From assembly GCA_900319405.1 (NCBI GenBank), contig ONOH01000007.1:865-64864 (forward strand): 64,000 nt of DNA, given 5' to 3'. A program made the translations under genes and the position numbers. The stretch comes from an uncultured Bacteroidales bacterium. GTDB taxonomy: Bacteria; Bacteroidota; Bacteroidia; Bacteroidales; UBA932. Of this stretch, positions 26,720-39,095 are shown in pieces. The notes under the pieces are model-generated. The model had not been told where the DNA came from. It searched no databases and saw only the letters and a list, made by a program, of their open reading frames with translations. Within the stretch, counting starts at the first letter, position 1. Each line of letters opens with the position of its first letter.

Positions 26720-28141
26720 TTACCTTCTACGCCAAAGGGCGTTCATCTCTTCCAGGGTCTTTCCCTTGGTCTCGGGAACCAGTTTCCATACGAAGGCGGC
26801 GGCCACCAGGCAGATGACGCCATACAGGGCATAGGCAAGGAAGGGGCTGCGCGTGTACATCGGCACGAAGGTGGAACTGACGATGAAGTTGAAAATCCAC
26901 TGGAAAGCCACGGCCCAGGCCGTTGCCTGGCTGCGGATGGTATTGGGGAAGAGCTCCGAGATATATACCCAGCAGATGGGGCCCCAGCTGAACATAAAGC
27001 AGGCGCTGTACACCATGATGCTGACAACGGGAACCAGCGCGGGCAGGCTTGCTACATTGGAAAGGGCCACACCCAGCGCACCCACCGCCATTCCCAGGGA
27101 ACCGGTAATGAGGAGGGGTTTGCGCCCCAGCTTCTCTACGGTGAAAACGGCCACCAGCGTGAAGGAAATGTTGATGACGCCCATAATCACGGTGAAGAGC
27201 ATGTTGTTGTTCACGCCCATTGACTCAAAGATGCGCGGGGCGAAATACAGTACGGCATTGATGCCGATGATCTGCTGGAAGACGGACAGCATGCAGCCGA
27301 TGAACACCACCATGAAGCCGTAGGCGAAAAGATGCTCGTGCCTTTTGTGGCTGTCCTGCTGCAGGGTTTCCTTGATTTCCAGCAGAATCTCGTTGGCGCG
27401 CTGCTCACCGTTGATGCGGGAAAGGACGTCGAAGGCCTTGGGCGCCTGGCCGTGCATGGCCAGGTAGCGGGGCGTTTCGGGCACCAGGAGAATCAGGCAG
27501 GAAAAGAGCGCGGCGGGAACCGCCTCCGAGACAAACATCATCCTCCAGCCCACGGCGTTGGTCCAGGCGATGACGTCGGGATCCGAGGCGTGGCTGCGGA
27601 TGATGAGGAAATTCACAAAATACACCACCAGCTGGCCGAAGATGATGGCAAACTGGTTCCAGCTCACCAGCGTCCCGCGCCTGGAGGCGGGAGACACCTC
27701 GGCAATGTACATGGGACAAAGGGCTGATGCCAGGCCTACGCCCACGCCGCCCAGGATGCGGTAGCCGTTGAAGGCGGCCAGAAGGCCCCGTGTGGCGACG
27801 CCCTTTTCGAAAAAGAGGAACTCCGGACAATACGAGCCCAGGGCGCTCAGAAGGAAGAGGATGCCGGCCACGAAGAGCGAACGCTTGCGTCCCAGGCGGG
27901 AAGCCAGGATGCCGGAAAGGAGGGCGCCGATGATGCAGCCGATCAGGGCGCTGGAGGTGGTAAACCCGTGCAGGCCGTCGGTGTAGGTGAAGTCCGTGGC
28001 GCTCTGGAAGAAGGCCTGGAGCCCTTTCTCGGCTCCGGAAATGACGGCTGTATCATAACCGAAAAGGAGTCCGCCGATAACCGCTACCAGGACGATTCCG
28101 GCCAGATAGGCGGGGCTGCCTTTTGTTCTGCTGTTGTTCAT
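26720..28141 (-). CDS. xylE: Sugar porter MFS transporter (XylE-like)
   Basis: GGLLFGYDTAVISG, GRK, PETPR, QQIIGINAVLYFAP and PETKGKTLEE motifs. Substrate is inferred. Confidence 0.8.
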   Translation of the reverse strand: MNNSRTKGSPAYLAGIVLVAVIGGLLFGYDTAVISGAEKGLQAFFQSATDFTYTDGLHGFTTSSALIGCIIGALLSGILASRLGRKRSLFVAGILFLLSALGSYCPEFLFFEKGVATRGLLAAFNGYRILGGVGVGLASALCPMYIAEVSPASRRGTLVSWNQFAIIFGQLVVYFVNFLIIRSHASDPDVIAWTNAVGWRMMFVSEAVPAALFSCLILLVPETPRYLAMHGQAPKAFDVLSRINGEQRANEILLEIKETLQQDSHKRHEHLFAYGFMVVFIGCMLSVFQQIIGINAVLYFAPRIFESMGVNNNMLFTVIMGVINISFTLVAVFTVEKLGRKPLLITGSLGMAVGALGVALSNVASLPALVPVVSIMVYSACFMFSWGPICWVYISELFPNTIRSQATAWAVAFQWIFNFIVSSTFVPMYTRSPFLAYALYGVICLVAAAFVWKLVPETKGKTLEEMNALWRRR

Positions 28142-28238
28142 AGTCTGCTTTGATTCAAAAGTTGTTGTGCAAAATTAAAGAAAAAATGTGTATCTTTGAA
28201 GGAAACAGCGGATTATATCAAGATATTCAAATACAAGT

Positions 28239-29084
28239 ATGGCAAAAGAAAACCTCCAGCAAATCGCATCGCAGGTGCGCCGGGACATCGTCCGAATGGT
28301 AACATCGGCCGGATCCGGCCATCCGGGCGGCTCCCTGTCCGCCACCGACATCCTCACAGCCTTGTACTTCGAGGTAATGGAACACAATCCCGCCACCTGG
28401 TCCCGTGACGGCAAGGGGCAGGATATGTTCATCCTTTCGGCCGGCCACCTGGCCCCGGTCTATTATTCGGTCCTCTCCCGTGCCGGTTATTTCCCGACCA
28501 GCGAACTGGGCACCCTCCGCAAAATGGGTTCCCGCCTGCAGGGACACCCTTCCATCCGCCGGAGCCTTCCGGGTGTCACCCAGACTTCCGGCTCCCTGGG
28601 ACAGGGCCTGTCCGTGGCCGCCGGATTGGCACTGGCCAAGAAAATGGACGGGGACAAGCATCGGGTCTATGTCCTGTGCGGGGACGGAGAATGCGAGGAA
28701 GGACAGATTTGGGAAGGCGCCCAGTTCGCTACCCACCATTCCCTGGGCAACCTCATCGGCATCACCGACTGGAACGGCCAGCAGATTGACGGTTCCGTAG
28801 ATTCGGTCTGCGGCGGGGGAGACTTCCAGCTCAAATGGCAGGCCTTCGGCTGGAATACGGTAACGGCCGACGGCCACGATATGGAAGCCATCGTCACGGC
28901 TTTTGCCAAGGCTGCGGAAATGGGAAAGAAGACCAACCGTCCCACGATGATCCTCTTCAAGACCGACATGGGCCACGGCGTGGACTTCATGGCGGGCACC
29001 CATAAATGGCACGGCAAGGCGCCCTCCGAGGAGCAGTGCGCCGCCGCCCTGGCTCAATTGGAAGAAACCCTTGGTGATTATTGA
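28239..29084 (+). CDS. Transketolase, N-terminal subunit
   Basis: SGHPGGSLS, LQGHP, GSLGQG, GDGE..EG TPP motif and HKWHG. Confidence 0.93.
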   Translation: MAKENLQQIASQVRRDIVRMVTSAGSGHPGGSLSATDILTALYFEVMEHNPATWSRDGKGQDMFILSAGHLAPVYYSVLSRAGYFPTSELGTLRKMGSRLQGHPSIRRSLPGVTQTSGSLGQGLSVAAGLALAKKMDGDKHRVYVLCGDGECEEGQIWEGAQFATHHSLGNLIGITDWNGQQIDGSVDSVCGGGDFQLKWQAFGWNTVTADGHDMEAIVTAFAKAAEMGKKTNRPTMILFKTDMGHGVDFMAGTHKWHGKAPSEEQCAAALAQLEETLGDY

Positions 29085-29085
29085 T

Positions 29086-29138
29086 AGATTCTTCACTTCG
29101 TTCAGAATGACCATGTCATCCTGAGGAACGAAGGATCT
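29086..29138. repeat. Inverted doublet of TGTC-tagged REP-like units between the transketolase subunit genes
   Basis: AGATTCTTCACTTCGTTCAGAATGAC-CAT-GTCATCCTGAGGAACGAAGGATCT. Confidence 0.85.
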
Positions 29139-29156
29139 TTTTAAAAGCGACAAATT

Positions 29157-30101
29157 ATGAAAAAATATATCGATACAGGTAAGAAAGACACCCGCAGCGG
29201 TTTCGGTGAGGGCCTCCTGCGGGCCGGAAAGGCCGACAGCCGCGTAGTAGCCCTGACGGCAGACCTCAAAGGCTCCCTGAAGATGGATGCCTTCGCGGCC
29301 GAGTTCCCCGAAAGATTCATCCAGTGCGGCATCGCCGAGGCCAATATGGTAGGCGCCGCCGCGGGTCTCGCCATCGCCGGCAAGGTTCCCTTCATCGGCT
29401 CCTTCGCCGAATTCGTGACCGGCCGCGTCTATGACCAGCTGCGCCAGGAAGTCTCCTACGGCAGGACCAACGTGAAGATTGCCTCCTCCCACGCGGGCAT
29501 CACCCTGGGAGAAGACGGCGCCACCCACCAGACGATGGAGGACATCGCCCTGATGCGCGCCCTTCCGGAGATGGTGGTGGTCAACCCCTGCGACTACAAC
29601 CAGACCCTGCAGGCCACCCTTGCCGCCGCCCGGTACGAAGGCCCCGTGTACCTTCGCTTCGGCCGTCCTTCCGTTCCCAACTTCACAGACCCGGAACAGC
29701 CCTTCGAGATAGGCAAGGCCTATGTGATGAACGAGGGCAGGGACGCCACCGTCTTCTGCTGCGGCCACCTGGTCTGGGAAGCCCTGCAGGCCGCCGAAGC
29801 CCTTGAGGCCGAAGGCATTTCCGTGGAAGTGGTGAACGTCGCCACCATCAAGCCCCTGGACGAGGAAACCATCGTCGCATCGGTCCGCAAGACCGGCAAG
29901 GCCATCGTGGCCGAGGAGCACAACATGGCCGGCGGCCTGGGAGAGGCCATTGCCGCCCTCCTGGCCCGGAAGCAGCCCGCCCCGCTTTGCTTCATGAACG
30001 GCGGAGACCGCTTCGGAGAAACCGGAACACCCGCCGCCCTGATGGCCCTCTACGGCCTGGACGCCGCCCACATCGTAGAGAAGGTGAAAGCCATTCTGTA
30101 A
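29157..30101 (+). CDS. Transketolase, C-terminal subunit
   Basis: GIAEANM, GEDGATHQ, GPVYLRFGR and TIKPLD motifs. Confidence 0.93.
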   Translation: MKKYIDTGKKDTRSGFGEGLLRAGKADSRVVALTADLKGSLKMDAFAAEFPERFIQCGIAEANMVGAAAGLAIAGKVPFIGSFAEFVTGRVYDQLRQEVSYGRTNVKIASSHAGITLGEDGATHQTMEDIALMRALPEMVVVNPCDYNQTLQATLAAARYEGPVYLRFGRPSVPNFTDPEQPFEIGKAYVMNEGRDATVFCCGHLVWEALQAAEALEAEGISVEVVNVATIKPLDEETIVASVRKTGKAIVAEEHNMAGGLGEAIAALLARKQPAPLCFMNGGDRFGETGTPAALMALYGLDAAHIVEKVKAIL

Positions 30102-31875
<1,774 letters not shown>

Positions 31876-31879
<4 letters not shown>

Positions 31880-32832
31880 TCCTGACCTTCCTCATATCGC
31901 TGTTGCTTGCTGCCGACATCCATGTCGGGGAAATCATTTTCGAGCACATCGGGGACGAGTATGAGTGGCACATCACCCAGTGGAAGGGGAAGGATATCGC
32001 CATCCCGCTGCCCTGCATCGTGATAGAGGACGGGGTACACGTTTTCACCCTGCACCACGCCCGGGAAAACGGCTACAGCCTGAACGAAGACGGCAAACTG
32101 GTGAACGCCGCCACGGGAAAGCGGCCGCTGGACCTGTCCATCACCAAGAATGTGCTCTCAATCATGCTTAGTTCGCTCCTTCTGCTGGTGGTTGTCCTTC
32201 TCACCGCCCGCTGGTACAGGCGGCACGATGTCCTGAAGGAGTCTCCCACGGGGCTTGCTGCCCTGATGGAGCCCCTGGTGATGATGGTGCACGAAATGGC
32301 CAGGGAGAATATCGGCCCCGATTACAGGAAGTTCTCTCCTTACCTGTGTATGGCCTTCCTGTGGATTCTTTTCAACAATTTCCTGGGCATCCTGCCCTTT
32401 TTCCCCGGAGGCGCCAACCTCACCGGCAACATCGCCGTCACCCTGGTGCTGGCCCTGTTCACCTTCTTCACGGTGAACCTGAACGGGACCAAACACTACT
32501 ATAAAGAGATTTTCGCCCCGGATGTGCCGGGCTTTCTCAAACCCATTATGCCCCTCATCGAGGTGTTCAGCGCCCTGATGAAGCCGGTCTCCCTCACCAT
32601 CCGTCTGTTTGCCAATATGCTGGCCGGCCACATCATGATCCTGTCCATGGTGTGCATGATCTTCATCATGGCCAAATACGGTCCGGCCCTCTTTGGCGGA
32701 ATGACGCTGGTGTCCGTCCTCCTGGGCGCCTTCCTGGACGCCCTGGAATGCCTGGTGGCCTTCATCCAGGCCTATGTTTTTACCATGCTCAGTTCCATCT
32801 ACATCGGACTGGCCAGACAGAAAGAAGAATAA
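31876..32832 (+). CDS. atpB: ATP synthase subunit a
   Basis: EHIGD..EWH, N.TGNIAVT, SLTIRLFANMLAGH and VAFIQAYVFTML motifs. Confidence 0.96.
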
Positions 32833-32851
32833 ACTTTTAATTTATAGTGTT

Positions 32852-33112
32852 ATGATGCTAGCTACAATCTTACTCCAGGCCGCTGCAAGCGCGGTATTCG
32901 GAAAGGCCGCCGCCGCCCTGGGCGCCGCCATCGCTGCCCTCGCCGGCGCTTTCGGCATCGGCAAAATCGGCAAATCCACAATGGAGGCCATTGCCCGCCA
33001 GCCGGAAAGTGCCGGAAACCTGCGTACGTCTATGATTATCGCCGCCGGTATGGTGGAGGGCGCCGCCCTGTTTGCCATCATCGTCGCGTTGCTGGTGGTT
33101 CTGAACAGTTAG
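32852..33112 (+). CDS. atpE: ATP synthase subunit c
   Basis: IARQPE loop and ..VEGAALF carboxylate. Lacks the Q/ES(T) Na+ signature, so probably H+-coupled. Confidence 0.95.
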   Translation: MMLATILLQAAASAVFGKAAAALGAAIAALAGAFGIGKIGKSTMEAIARQPESAGNLRTSMIIAAGMVEGAALFAIIVALLVVLNS

Positions 33113-33116
33113 GCTT

Positions 33117-33620
33117 ATGAGTCTGGTAACGCCCGAATTCGGCCTTCTGTTCTGGATGGTCGTCATCTTCGGGATTGTGTTCTTCCTTCTCGCGAAGTTC
33201 GGTTTTCCGATCATCACGGATATGTTGGACGAGCGCAGTGCCAGGATTGCGAAGTCCCTGAAGGACGCCGATGAGATAGAGGCCAGGATGGCCAGCTGGA
33301 AGGTGGAGCAGGCCCAGCTTCTGGAGGCGGCCCGCAAGCAGCAGTCCGAGATTCTGCGCAAGGCAGCCGAAACCCGGGAGCAGATCATCGCCGAAGCCAG
33401 GGACCGCGCACGCGAGGAGGCCGACCGCCTGCTGAAAGACGCCAAAACGCAGATTGAGGCCGAGAAGGAAAGCGCCCTGAGGGACGTCCGCAAGGAAATT
33501 GCCCTGCTGAGCGTGGAGGTGGCCGAAAAGGTCCTCCGCCACGAGCTTGCCGGCGAAGACAGCCAGCGTGCCCTCCTGGAGCAGCTGGTGGAAGAATCCC
33601 ATCAAGCCCGCCTGAACTGA
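33117..33620 (+). CDS. atpF: ATP synthase subunit b
   Basis: P.FGLLFW TM helix followed by a charged coiled coil. Confidence 0.93.
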   Translation: MSLVTPEFGLLFWMVVIFGIVFFLLAKFGFPIITDMLDERSARIAKSLKDADEIEARMASWKVEQAQLLEAARKQQSEILRKAAETREQIIAEARDRAREEADRLLKDAKTQIEAEKESALRDVRKEIALLSVEVAEKVLRHELAGEDSQRALLEQLVEESHQARLN

Positions 33621-34180
33621 TGAACCGCGCCATCGTCGTCAATCGCTATGCCAGGGCCCTGGTGAAATTCGTCCGCGACAACGGACACGGGGACATCGTG
33701 TGCTCCGAGGCCGAGCATCTCCTGAAGGCTTTCCGCACGCTGCCGGACCTTCGGCGGATGGTGACGGCCGCCGGTGACGTGGTGAGCGACTTTGACAAGA
33801 AAAAACTGATGCAGGCCACCCTGGACAACCGGATGTCGGCCGACCTGAGCCGCTTCGTGAGCATCGTCAACCGGAATGGCCGGATGGACCTGGTGGAGGA
33901 CATCCTACGGGATTTTGTGGAAATGTACCACCGCAGCATCGGTATCCGGAGGGCGCACCTGACGGCCGTGTCGGAACCTTCGCAGCACATGCTCCAGCAG
34001 ATCCGTGCGCTGGTCAAGAGTAAAACCGGGGACGATGTCATCTTTGAGGTGGAGGTGGACCCTGACCTGATCGGGGGCTTTGTCCTGGATCTGGACGATT
34101 ACCTCCTGGATACCAGCGTGAAACACCAGCTGGACCGCATCCGGGAACAATTTGTAGAACGAAACAGAAGAATTATCTAA
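33620..34180 (+). CDS. atpH: ATP synthase delta subunit
   Basis: RYARAL and VDPDLIGGF...D.SV motifs. Confidence 0.92.
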   Translation: MNRAIVVNRYARALVKFVRDNGHGDIVCSEAEHLLKAFRTLPDLRRMVTAAGDVVSDFDKKKLMQATLDNRMSADLSRFVSIVNRNGRMDLVEDILRDFVEMYHRSIGIRRAHLTAVSEPSQHMLQQIRALVKSKTGDDVIFEVEVDPDLIGGFVLDLDDYLLDTSVKHQLDRIREQFVERNRRII

Positions 34181-35763
34181 TGCCCAACACGACTCTTAAA
34201 CCCAGTGAAGTGAGTGAAATCCTGCTGAGTCAGCTCCAGGATATGAAAAACGACCTCCGCTTCGAGGAGGTGGGCAAGGCCCTGCAAGTGAGCGACGGCG
34301 TGGTGCGCATCTATGGCCTGGACCACGCCGAGGCCGGAGAGCTGCTGGACTGTGGCAACGGCGTCATCGCCGTGGCGATGAACCTGGAGGCCGACAACGT
34401 GGGCGCGGTGATGATGGGCCCCACCGACCTGGTGAAGGAAGGGATGGTGGTGCGCCGGACCCGGCGTATCGCCGCTATCGGCGTCAACGACAGGCTGCTG
34501 GGCCGGGTGATCGACCCGCTGGGCAACCCGCTGGACGGCCTGGGCGCCATCGGCGGGGAGAAGGTGGATATGCCCCTGGAGCGCAAGGCCCCGGGCGTGA
34601 TTTTCCGCCAGCCGGTGTGCGAACCCCTGCAGACGGGCCTCAAGGCCATCGACGCGATGATCCCCATCGGCCGCGGGCAGCGGGAACTCATCATCGGAGA
34701 CCGCCAGACGGGAAAGACGGCCATCGCCATCGACACCATCATCAACCAGCGTTCCCTTTACGAGGCCGGTGAACCGGTGTTCTGCATCTATGTGGCCATC
34801 GGCCAGAAAGGTTCTACGGTGGCCTCCATCGTGAAAACCCTGCGGGAGCACGGGGCGATGGACTATACCGTGGTGGTGGCGGCCACGGCGGCCGATCCCG
34901 CCGCCCTGCAGTACTATGCTCCCTTTGCCGGCGCCGCCATCGGCGAGTATTTCCGCGACACGGGCCGGCACGCCCTGGTGGTGTACGACGACCTTTCCAA
35001 ACAGGCCGTTGCCTACCGCGAGGTCTCCCTCATCCTCAAGCGTCCTTCCGGGCGCGAGGCCTATCCGGGCGACATTTTCTACCTGCACAGCCGTCTGCTG
35101 GAGCGGGCCGCCCGCATCATCGACCAGCAGGAAGTGGCGGCCCGGATGAACGACCTTCCCGAGGCCCTGAAACCCCTGGTCCGGGGCGGGGGCTCGCTCA
35201 CCGCGCTTCCCATCATCGAGACCCAGGCCGGAGATGTATCGGCCTATATCCCCACCAATGTGATTTCCATCACCGACGGGCAGATTTACCTGGAACAGAG
35301 CCTCTTCAACCAGGGTGTCCGTCCGGCCATCAACGTGGGCATTTCCGTGTCCCGCGTGGGCGGCAGCGCCCAGGTGAAGTCCATGAAGAAGGTGGCCGGC
35401 ACCCTCAAGATAGACCAGGCGCAGTGGACGGAGCTGGAGTCCTTCTCCAAGTTCTCTTCGGACGTGGACAAGGTCACCGAAATGGCCCTGGACAAGGGCC
35501 GCAAAAACAATCAGCTGCTCATCCAGCCCCAGTACAGCCCGATGCCGGTAGGGGAGCAGGTGGCCATCCTATACTGCGGTACCCGTGCCCTGATGCGCGG
35601 CATCCCCGTGGATATGGTGCGCAGCTTCCAGGATTCCTTCCTGGGCCTCCTGAGGGCCGAGCATCCCCGGGATGTCCTGGAACCCCTCGCCGAGGGAAAG
35701 CTCACCGACGAAATCGAAAAGATTCTGACCGAAACCGCCGAATCCGTCTTGCTAAGCCTGTAG
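34180..35763 (+). CDS. atpA: ATP synthase alpha subunit
   Basis: [16 protein letters not shown] and [13 protein letters not shown] motifs. Confidence 0.98.
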   Translation: MPNTTLKPSEVSEILLSQLQDMKNDLRFEEVGKALQVSDGVVRIYGLDHAEAGELLDCGNGVIAVAMNLEADNVGAVMMGPTDLVKEGMVVRRTRRIAAIGVNDRLLGRVIDPLGNPLDGLGAIGGEKVDMPLERKAPGVIFRQPVCEPLQTGLKAIDAMIPIGRGQRELIIGDRQTGKTAIAIDTIINQRSLYEAGEPVFCIYVAIGQKGSTVASIVKTLREHGAMDYTVVVAATAADPAALQYYAPFAGAAIGEYFRDTGRHALVVYDDLSKQAVAYREVSLILKRPSGREAYPGDIFYLHSRLLERAARIIDQQEVAARMNDLPEALKPLVRGGGSLTALPIIETQAGDVSAYIPTNVISITDGQIYLEQSLFNQGVRPAINVGISVSRVGGSAQVKSMKKVAGTLKIDQAQWTELESFSKFSSDVDKVTEMALDKGRKNNQLLIQPQYSPMPVGEQVAILYCGTRALMRGIPVDMVRSFQDSFLGLLRAEHPRDVLEPLAEGKLTDEIEKILTETAESVLLSL

Positions 35764-35767
35764 CCTT

Positions 35768-36616
35768 ATGCCCACTCTGAAGGAAACCAAGGGCCGGATC
35801 TCTTCCGTGCGGAATACGCTGAAGATTACCTCGGCGATGAAGTTGGTGGCATCGGCAAAGCTCCGGAAGGCGCAGCAGGCCATCGAGTCGATGCGTCCCT
35901 ACGAGCGGCAGCTGCAGCGGATGCTGGAGGAAGTCTGCGGTGCCCATGAGCCGGAAGCGCTTGTGGACCAGTCGGATAGCCTCCGGGGGCGGAAGGCCGT
36001 GGTGGCGATTGCGTCCAACTCGGCCCTGTGCGGAAGCTTCAACGCCAACGTTATCGCCAAGGTGCGTTCGCTGCGCAGCCCCGGCGACACGGTCTGGTCA
36101 ATCGGCCGGAAAATGGCCGATGCGATGCGCCGTGACGGTTTCCCTTCGCCGGACGACCTGAGCGCCGTGGCCGAACACCCCGCCTACGCTCCGGTGGCCT
36201 CCCTGGTGGAAAAACTCTCGGACGAGTTCGAAAAAGGCCGCTACAGCTGTGTGGTGCTGGTGTACAACCACTTTGTTTCCACCTCCAGGCAGGAGCCTGT
36301 GGTGGAGATTCTCCTCCCGGAAGGGAAGTTCGTTGCCGACGACAGCCCGGAGCGCGAGGAAACCCTCATCATCGAACCCTCCCGGAAAGAACTTCTGGAG
36401 GCGCTCGTCCCCAAAACCCGCAAACTCAAACTCTATGCGGCCCTTCTGGACAGTTCGGCCGCCGAGCAGGCCGCCCGCACCGTTGCGATGCAGACGGCCA
36501 CCGACAACGGAGAAGGCCTGCTGGAAGAACTCACCCTCCAGTACAACAAGGGCCGCCAGCAGAAAATCACATCAGAAATCCTGGACCTCGCCGGAGGCCA
36601 GACAGAACATCAATAG
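35768..36616 (+). CDS. atpG: ATP synthase gamma subunit
   Basis: KITSAMKLVASAK, LCGSFN, AM..ATDN and YNK.RQQKITSEI motifs. Confidence 0.96.
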   Translation: MPTLKETKGRISSVRNTLKITSAMKLVASAKLRKAQQAIESMRPYERQLQRMLEEVCGAHEPEALVDQSDSLRGRKAVVAIASNSALCGSFNANVIAKVRSLRSPGDTVWSIGRKMADAMRRDGFPSPDDLSAVAEHPAYAPVASLVEKLSDEFEKGRYSCVVLVYNHFVSTSRQEPVVEILLPEGKFVADDSPEREETLIIEPSRKELLEALVPKTRKLKLYAALLDSSAAEQAARTVAMQTATDNGEGLLEELTLQYNKGRQQKITSEILDLAGGQTEHQ

Positions 36617-36618
36617 CC

Positions 36619-37980
36619 ATGAAAAACTATATCCAAGCCAACCGGGACCGTTTCTTCGAAGAACTGTATTCCCTCCTGCGCATTCCTTCCATCAGCGCCA
36701 AGCCGGAGCACAAGGAAGATATGTACAAATGCGCCCATCGACTTGTAGAACTCCTGAAGGAAGCCGGAGCCGACCAGGCCGAGGTTTTTGAAACCGCAGG
36801 TCACCCCGTGGTGTACGGCAGCAGGGATATCGGGGCCAGGCAGACCGTCCTGGTCTATGGCCACTACGACGTCCAGCCCCCGGAACCGCTGGAGAAATGG
36901 CGCACGAATCCCTTCGAGCCCGTGCTGGGGAAGGACCCTGTCACGGGCGAGGATGCCATCTACGCCCGCGGGGCCAATGACGACAAGGGGCAGCTCTTCA
37001 TGCACTTGAAGGCCTTCGAATTCCTGCTCCGCACGGGCACCCTCCGTCACAACGTGAAATTCCTCTTCGAAGGGGAGGAGGAGATCGGGAGCGGTTCTCT
37101 CCCGGCCTGGGTCGAGGAGCACAAAGATCTCCTGAAGGCCGATGTCATCCTGGTCTCCGACACCACGATGATTTCCGACAAAGTGCCTTCCATCAACTGC
37201 GGTATGCGTGGCCTGGCCTATCTGGAAGTAAAGGTGACGGGCCCCAACAAGGACCTCCATTCCGGCCATTACGGCGGCGCGGTGGCCAACCCTATCAACG
37301 AACTCTGCGCCCTCATCGCCTCCCTCCACGACGAGGACGGCCGCGTCACGATACCTGGCTTCTACGACGACGTGGTGGAATTGAGCGCCGAGGACCGGGC
37401 TCTCCTGAACAGGGCCCCCTTCGATATGGAAGAATACAAGCACTTCCTGGACATCAGGGAGGTGAAAGGGGAGAAGGGATACACCACCCTGGAGCGCACG
37501 GCCATCCGTCCCTGCCTGGACGTATGCGGCATCTGGGGCGGCTACACGGGAGTGGGCGCCAAGACGGTGCTGCCTTCCACGGCACACGCAAAAGTGTCCA
37601 TGCGCCTGGTTCCCTGGCAGACATCGGCCAAGATTACCCGTCTGTTTCAGGAGCACCTGCAGCGCATCGCTCCACCGTATGTGAAGGTGGAGGTCACTCC
37701 GCGCGAAGGCGGCGACGGCTTCCTGATCCCCATCAGTTCGCCGGCCTACCAGGCGGCTTCCCGCGCCATGGCCGAGGTCTATGGCACGGAGCCCGTTCCC
37801 GCCCGCGGCGGCGGATCCATCGCCATCCTGGCCGCGATGCAGCGCATCCTGGGAGTCGATCCGCTGCTGATGGGCTTCGGCCTGGAGCGCGATACCATCC
37901 ACTCGCCCAACGAGAGCTTCCTGCTGCGACAGTTCTTTGCAGGAATGGAGTCTATCGCCCTGTTTTACAAATATTATTAG
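36619..37980 (+). CDS. M20 family dipeptidase
   Basis: YGHYDVQP, ARGANDDKG, EGEEEIGS and HSPNE motifs. Confidence 0.92.
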   Translation: MKNYIQANRDRFFEELYSLLRIPSISAKPEHKEDMYKCAHRLVELLKEAGADQAEVFETAGHPVVYGSRDIGARQTVLVYGHYDVQPPEPLEKWRTNPFEPVLGKDPVTGEDAIYARGANDDKGQLFMHLKAFEFLLRTGTLRHNVKFLFEGEEEIGSGSLPAWVEEHKDLLKADVILVSDTTMISDKVPSINCGMRGLAYLEVKVTGPNKDLHSGHYGGAVANPINELCALIASLHDEDGRVTIPGFYDDVVELSAEDRALLNRAPFDMEEYKHFLDIREVKGEKGYTTLERTAIRPCLDVCGIWGGYTGVGAKTVLPSTAHAKVSMRLVPWQTSAKITRLFQEHLQRIAPPYVKVEVTPREGGDGFLIPISSPAYQAASRAMAEVYGTEPVPARGGGSIAILAAMQRILGVDPLLMGFGLERDTIHSPNESFLLRQFFAGMESIALFYKYY

Positions 37981-38037
37981 TTTATTGCGGCGTTTTCCTG
38001 AAAAAGTGTTACCTTTGGCGTGCTAAAATCGAATAAA

Positions 38038-38964
38038 ATGAAAGTTGAGGATTTTGTAAAGCCGCTGGGGACTTTCAAGTTCTGGAAGGAACTTTTCATC
38101 ATGACCTTCGGTATGTTCATTGCAGCCGCTTCGGTCTATTATTTCCTGATGCCCAGCAACCTCATCGTGGGCTCCATCACCGGCTTGTCCATGGTTCTGT
38201 CCGAGCTGTTCACCCTGGCCGGCATTCCCATCAAGGTGTCGCTGATGGTCACCGCCATCAATGCCGTGCTGCTGTTGCTGGCGTGGTTTCTCATCGGCCC
38301 GGAATTCGGGGCCAAGACGGTTTATACTGCGCTCATCCTGGGTCCCATGCTGGAGCTCTGGGAGAAGATTCTTCCCTATCAGAGCCTCCTGGAACCCGGC
38401 CAGACTTCCGTGATGGCCGATCCGTGGTTCGACCTGCTGTGCTTTGTGCTCATTCTCAGCATCTCGCAGACGATTTTGTTCCATATCAACGCATCCACGG
38501 GCGGCCTGGACATCCTGGCCAAGATCGTGAACAAGTATTTCCACTTCGATATAGGAACTTCGGTCACGGTGGCGGGCGCCCTCATCTGCTGCACGGCCTT
38601 TGCCATCAACCCCTTCCGGATGGTGGTGATTGGCCTTATCGGCACCTGGATCAACGGCCTGGCACTGGACTATTTTACGGCGGGAATCAACCGGCGCAAG
38701 CGCGTGTGCATCATTTCCTCGCAGCACGAACGCATCCGCAAGTACATTATCGAAGAGTTGGAAAGAGGCTGTTCCCTGTACAATGTCACGGGCGGCTACA
38801 ACGGTCACCAGAACGTGGAAATCACGGCCCTGCTCACCCAGGACGAGTTTGCCAACCTGATGGATTTCCTGAAGGAGAACGACATCCACGGCTTCATCAC
38901 AGCCGGCAATGTGAGTGAGATTTACGGGGACTGGAATGCCAAAAAGAAGAAAAAACACAAATAA
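38038..38964 (+). CDS. YitT family membrane protein
   Basis: Several TM segments, ASTGGLDILA motif and C-terminal RG.......GGY domain. Confidence 0.85.
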   Translation: MKVEDFVKPLGTFKFWKELFIMTFGMFIAAASVYYFLMPSNLIVGSITGLSMVLSELFTLAGIPIKVSLMVTAINAVLLLLAWFLIGPEFGAKTVYTALILGPMLELWEKILPYQSLLEPGQTSVMADPWFDLLCFVLILSISQTILFHINASTGGLDILAKIVNKYFHFDIGTSVTVAGALICCTAFAINPFRMVVIGLIGTWINGLALDYFTAGINRRKRVCIISSQHERIRKYIIEELERGCSLYNVTGGYNGHQNVEITALLTQDEFANLMDFLKENDIHGFITAGNVSEIYGDWNAKKKKKHK

Positions 38965-39027
38965 TTATGTTTTGGCACGGTATTGGATATTACTGTGTCA
39001 GACATAAATATTGATACCTTAACTTAT

Positions 39028-39068
39028 GCCCCGCGGCCCATTGAGACAATGCGCATGCGGGGTTTTTA
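39028..39068 (+). terminator. Intrinsic terminator-like hairpin
   Basis: CCCCGC...CATTG-AGA-CAATG...GCGGGG followed by TTTTT. Confidence 0.65.
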
Positions 39069-39095
39069 TTGTATTTATTCGTATCTTTGTGCCCT

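Noticed and set aside
26686-26720. Integron attC site (TAAC...GTTA dyad)
   Set aside because: Other arms read TAAA/TTTA or TAAT/ATTA, there are no extrahelical bases or cassette array, and no integrase is present.
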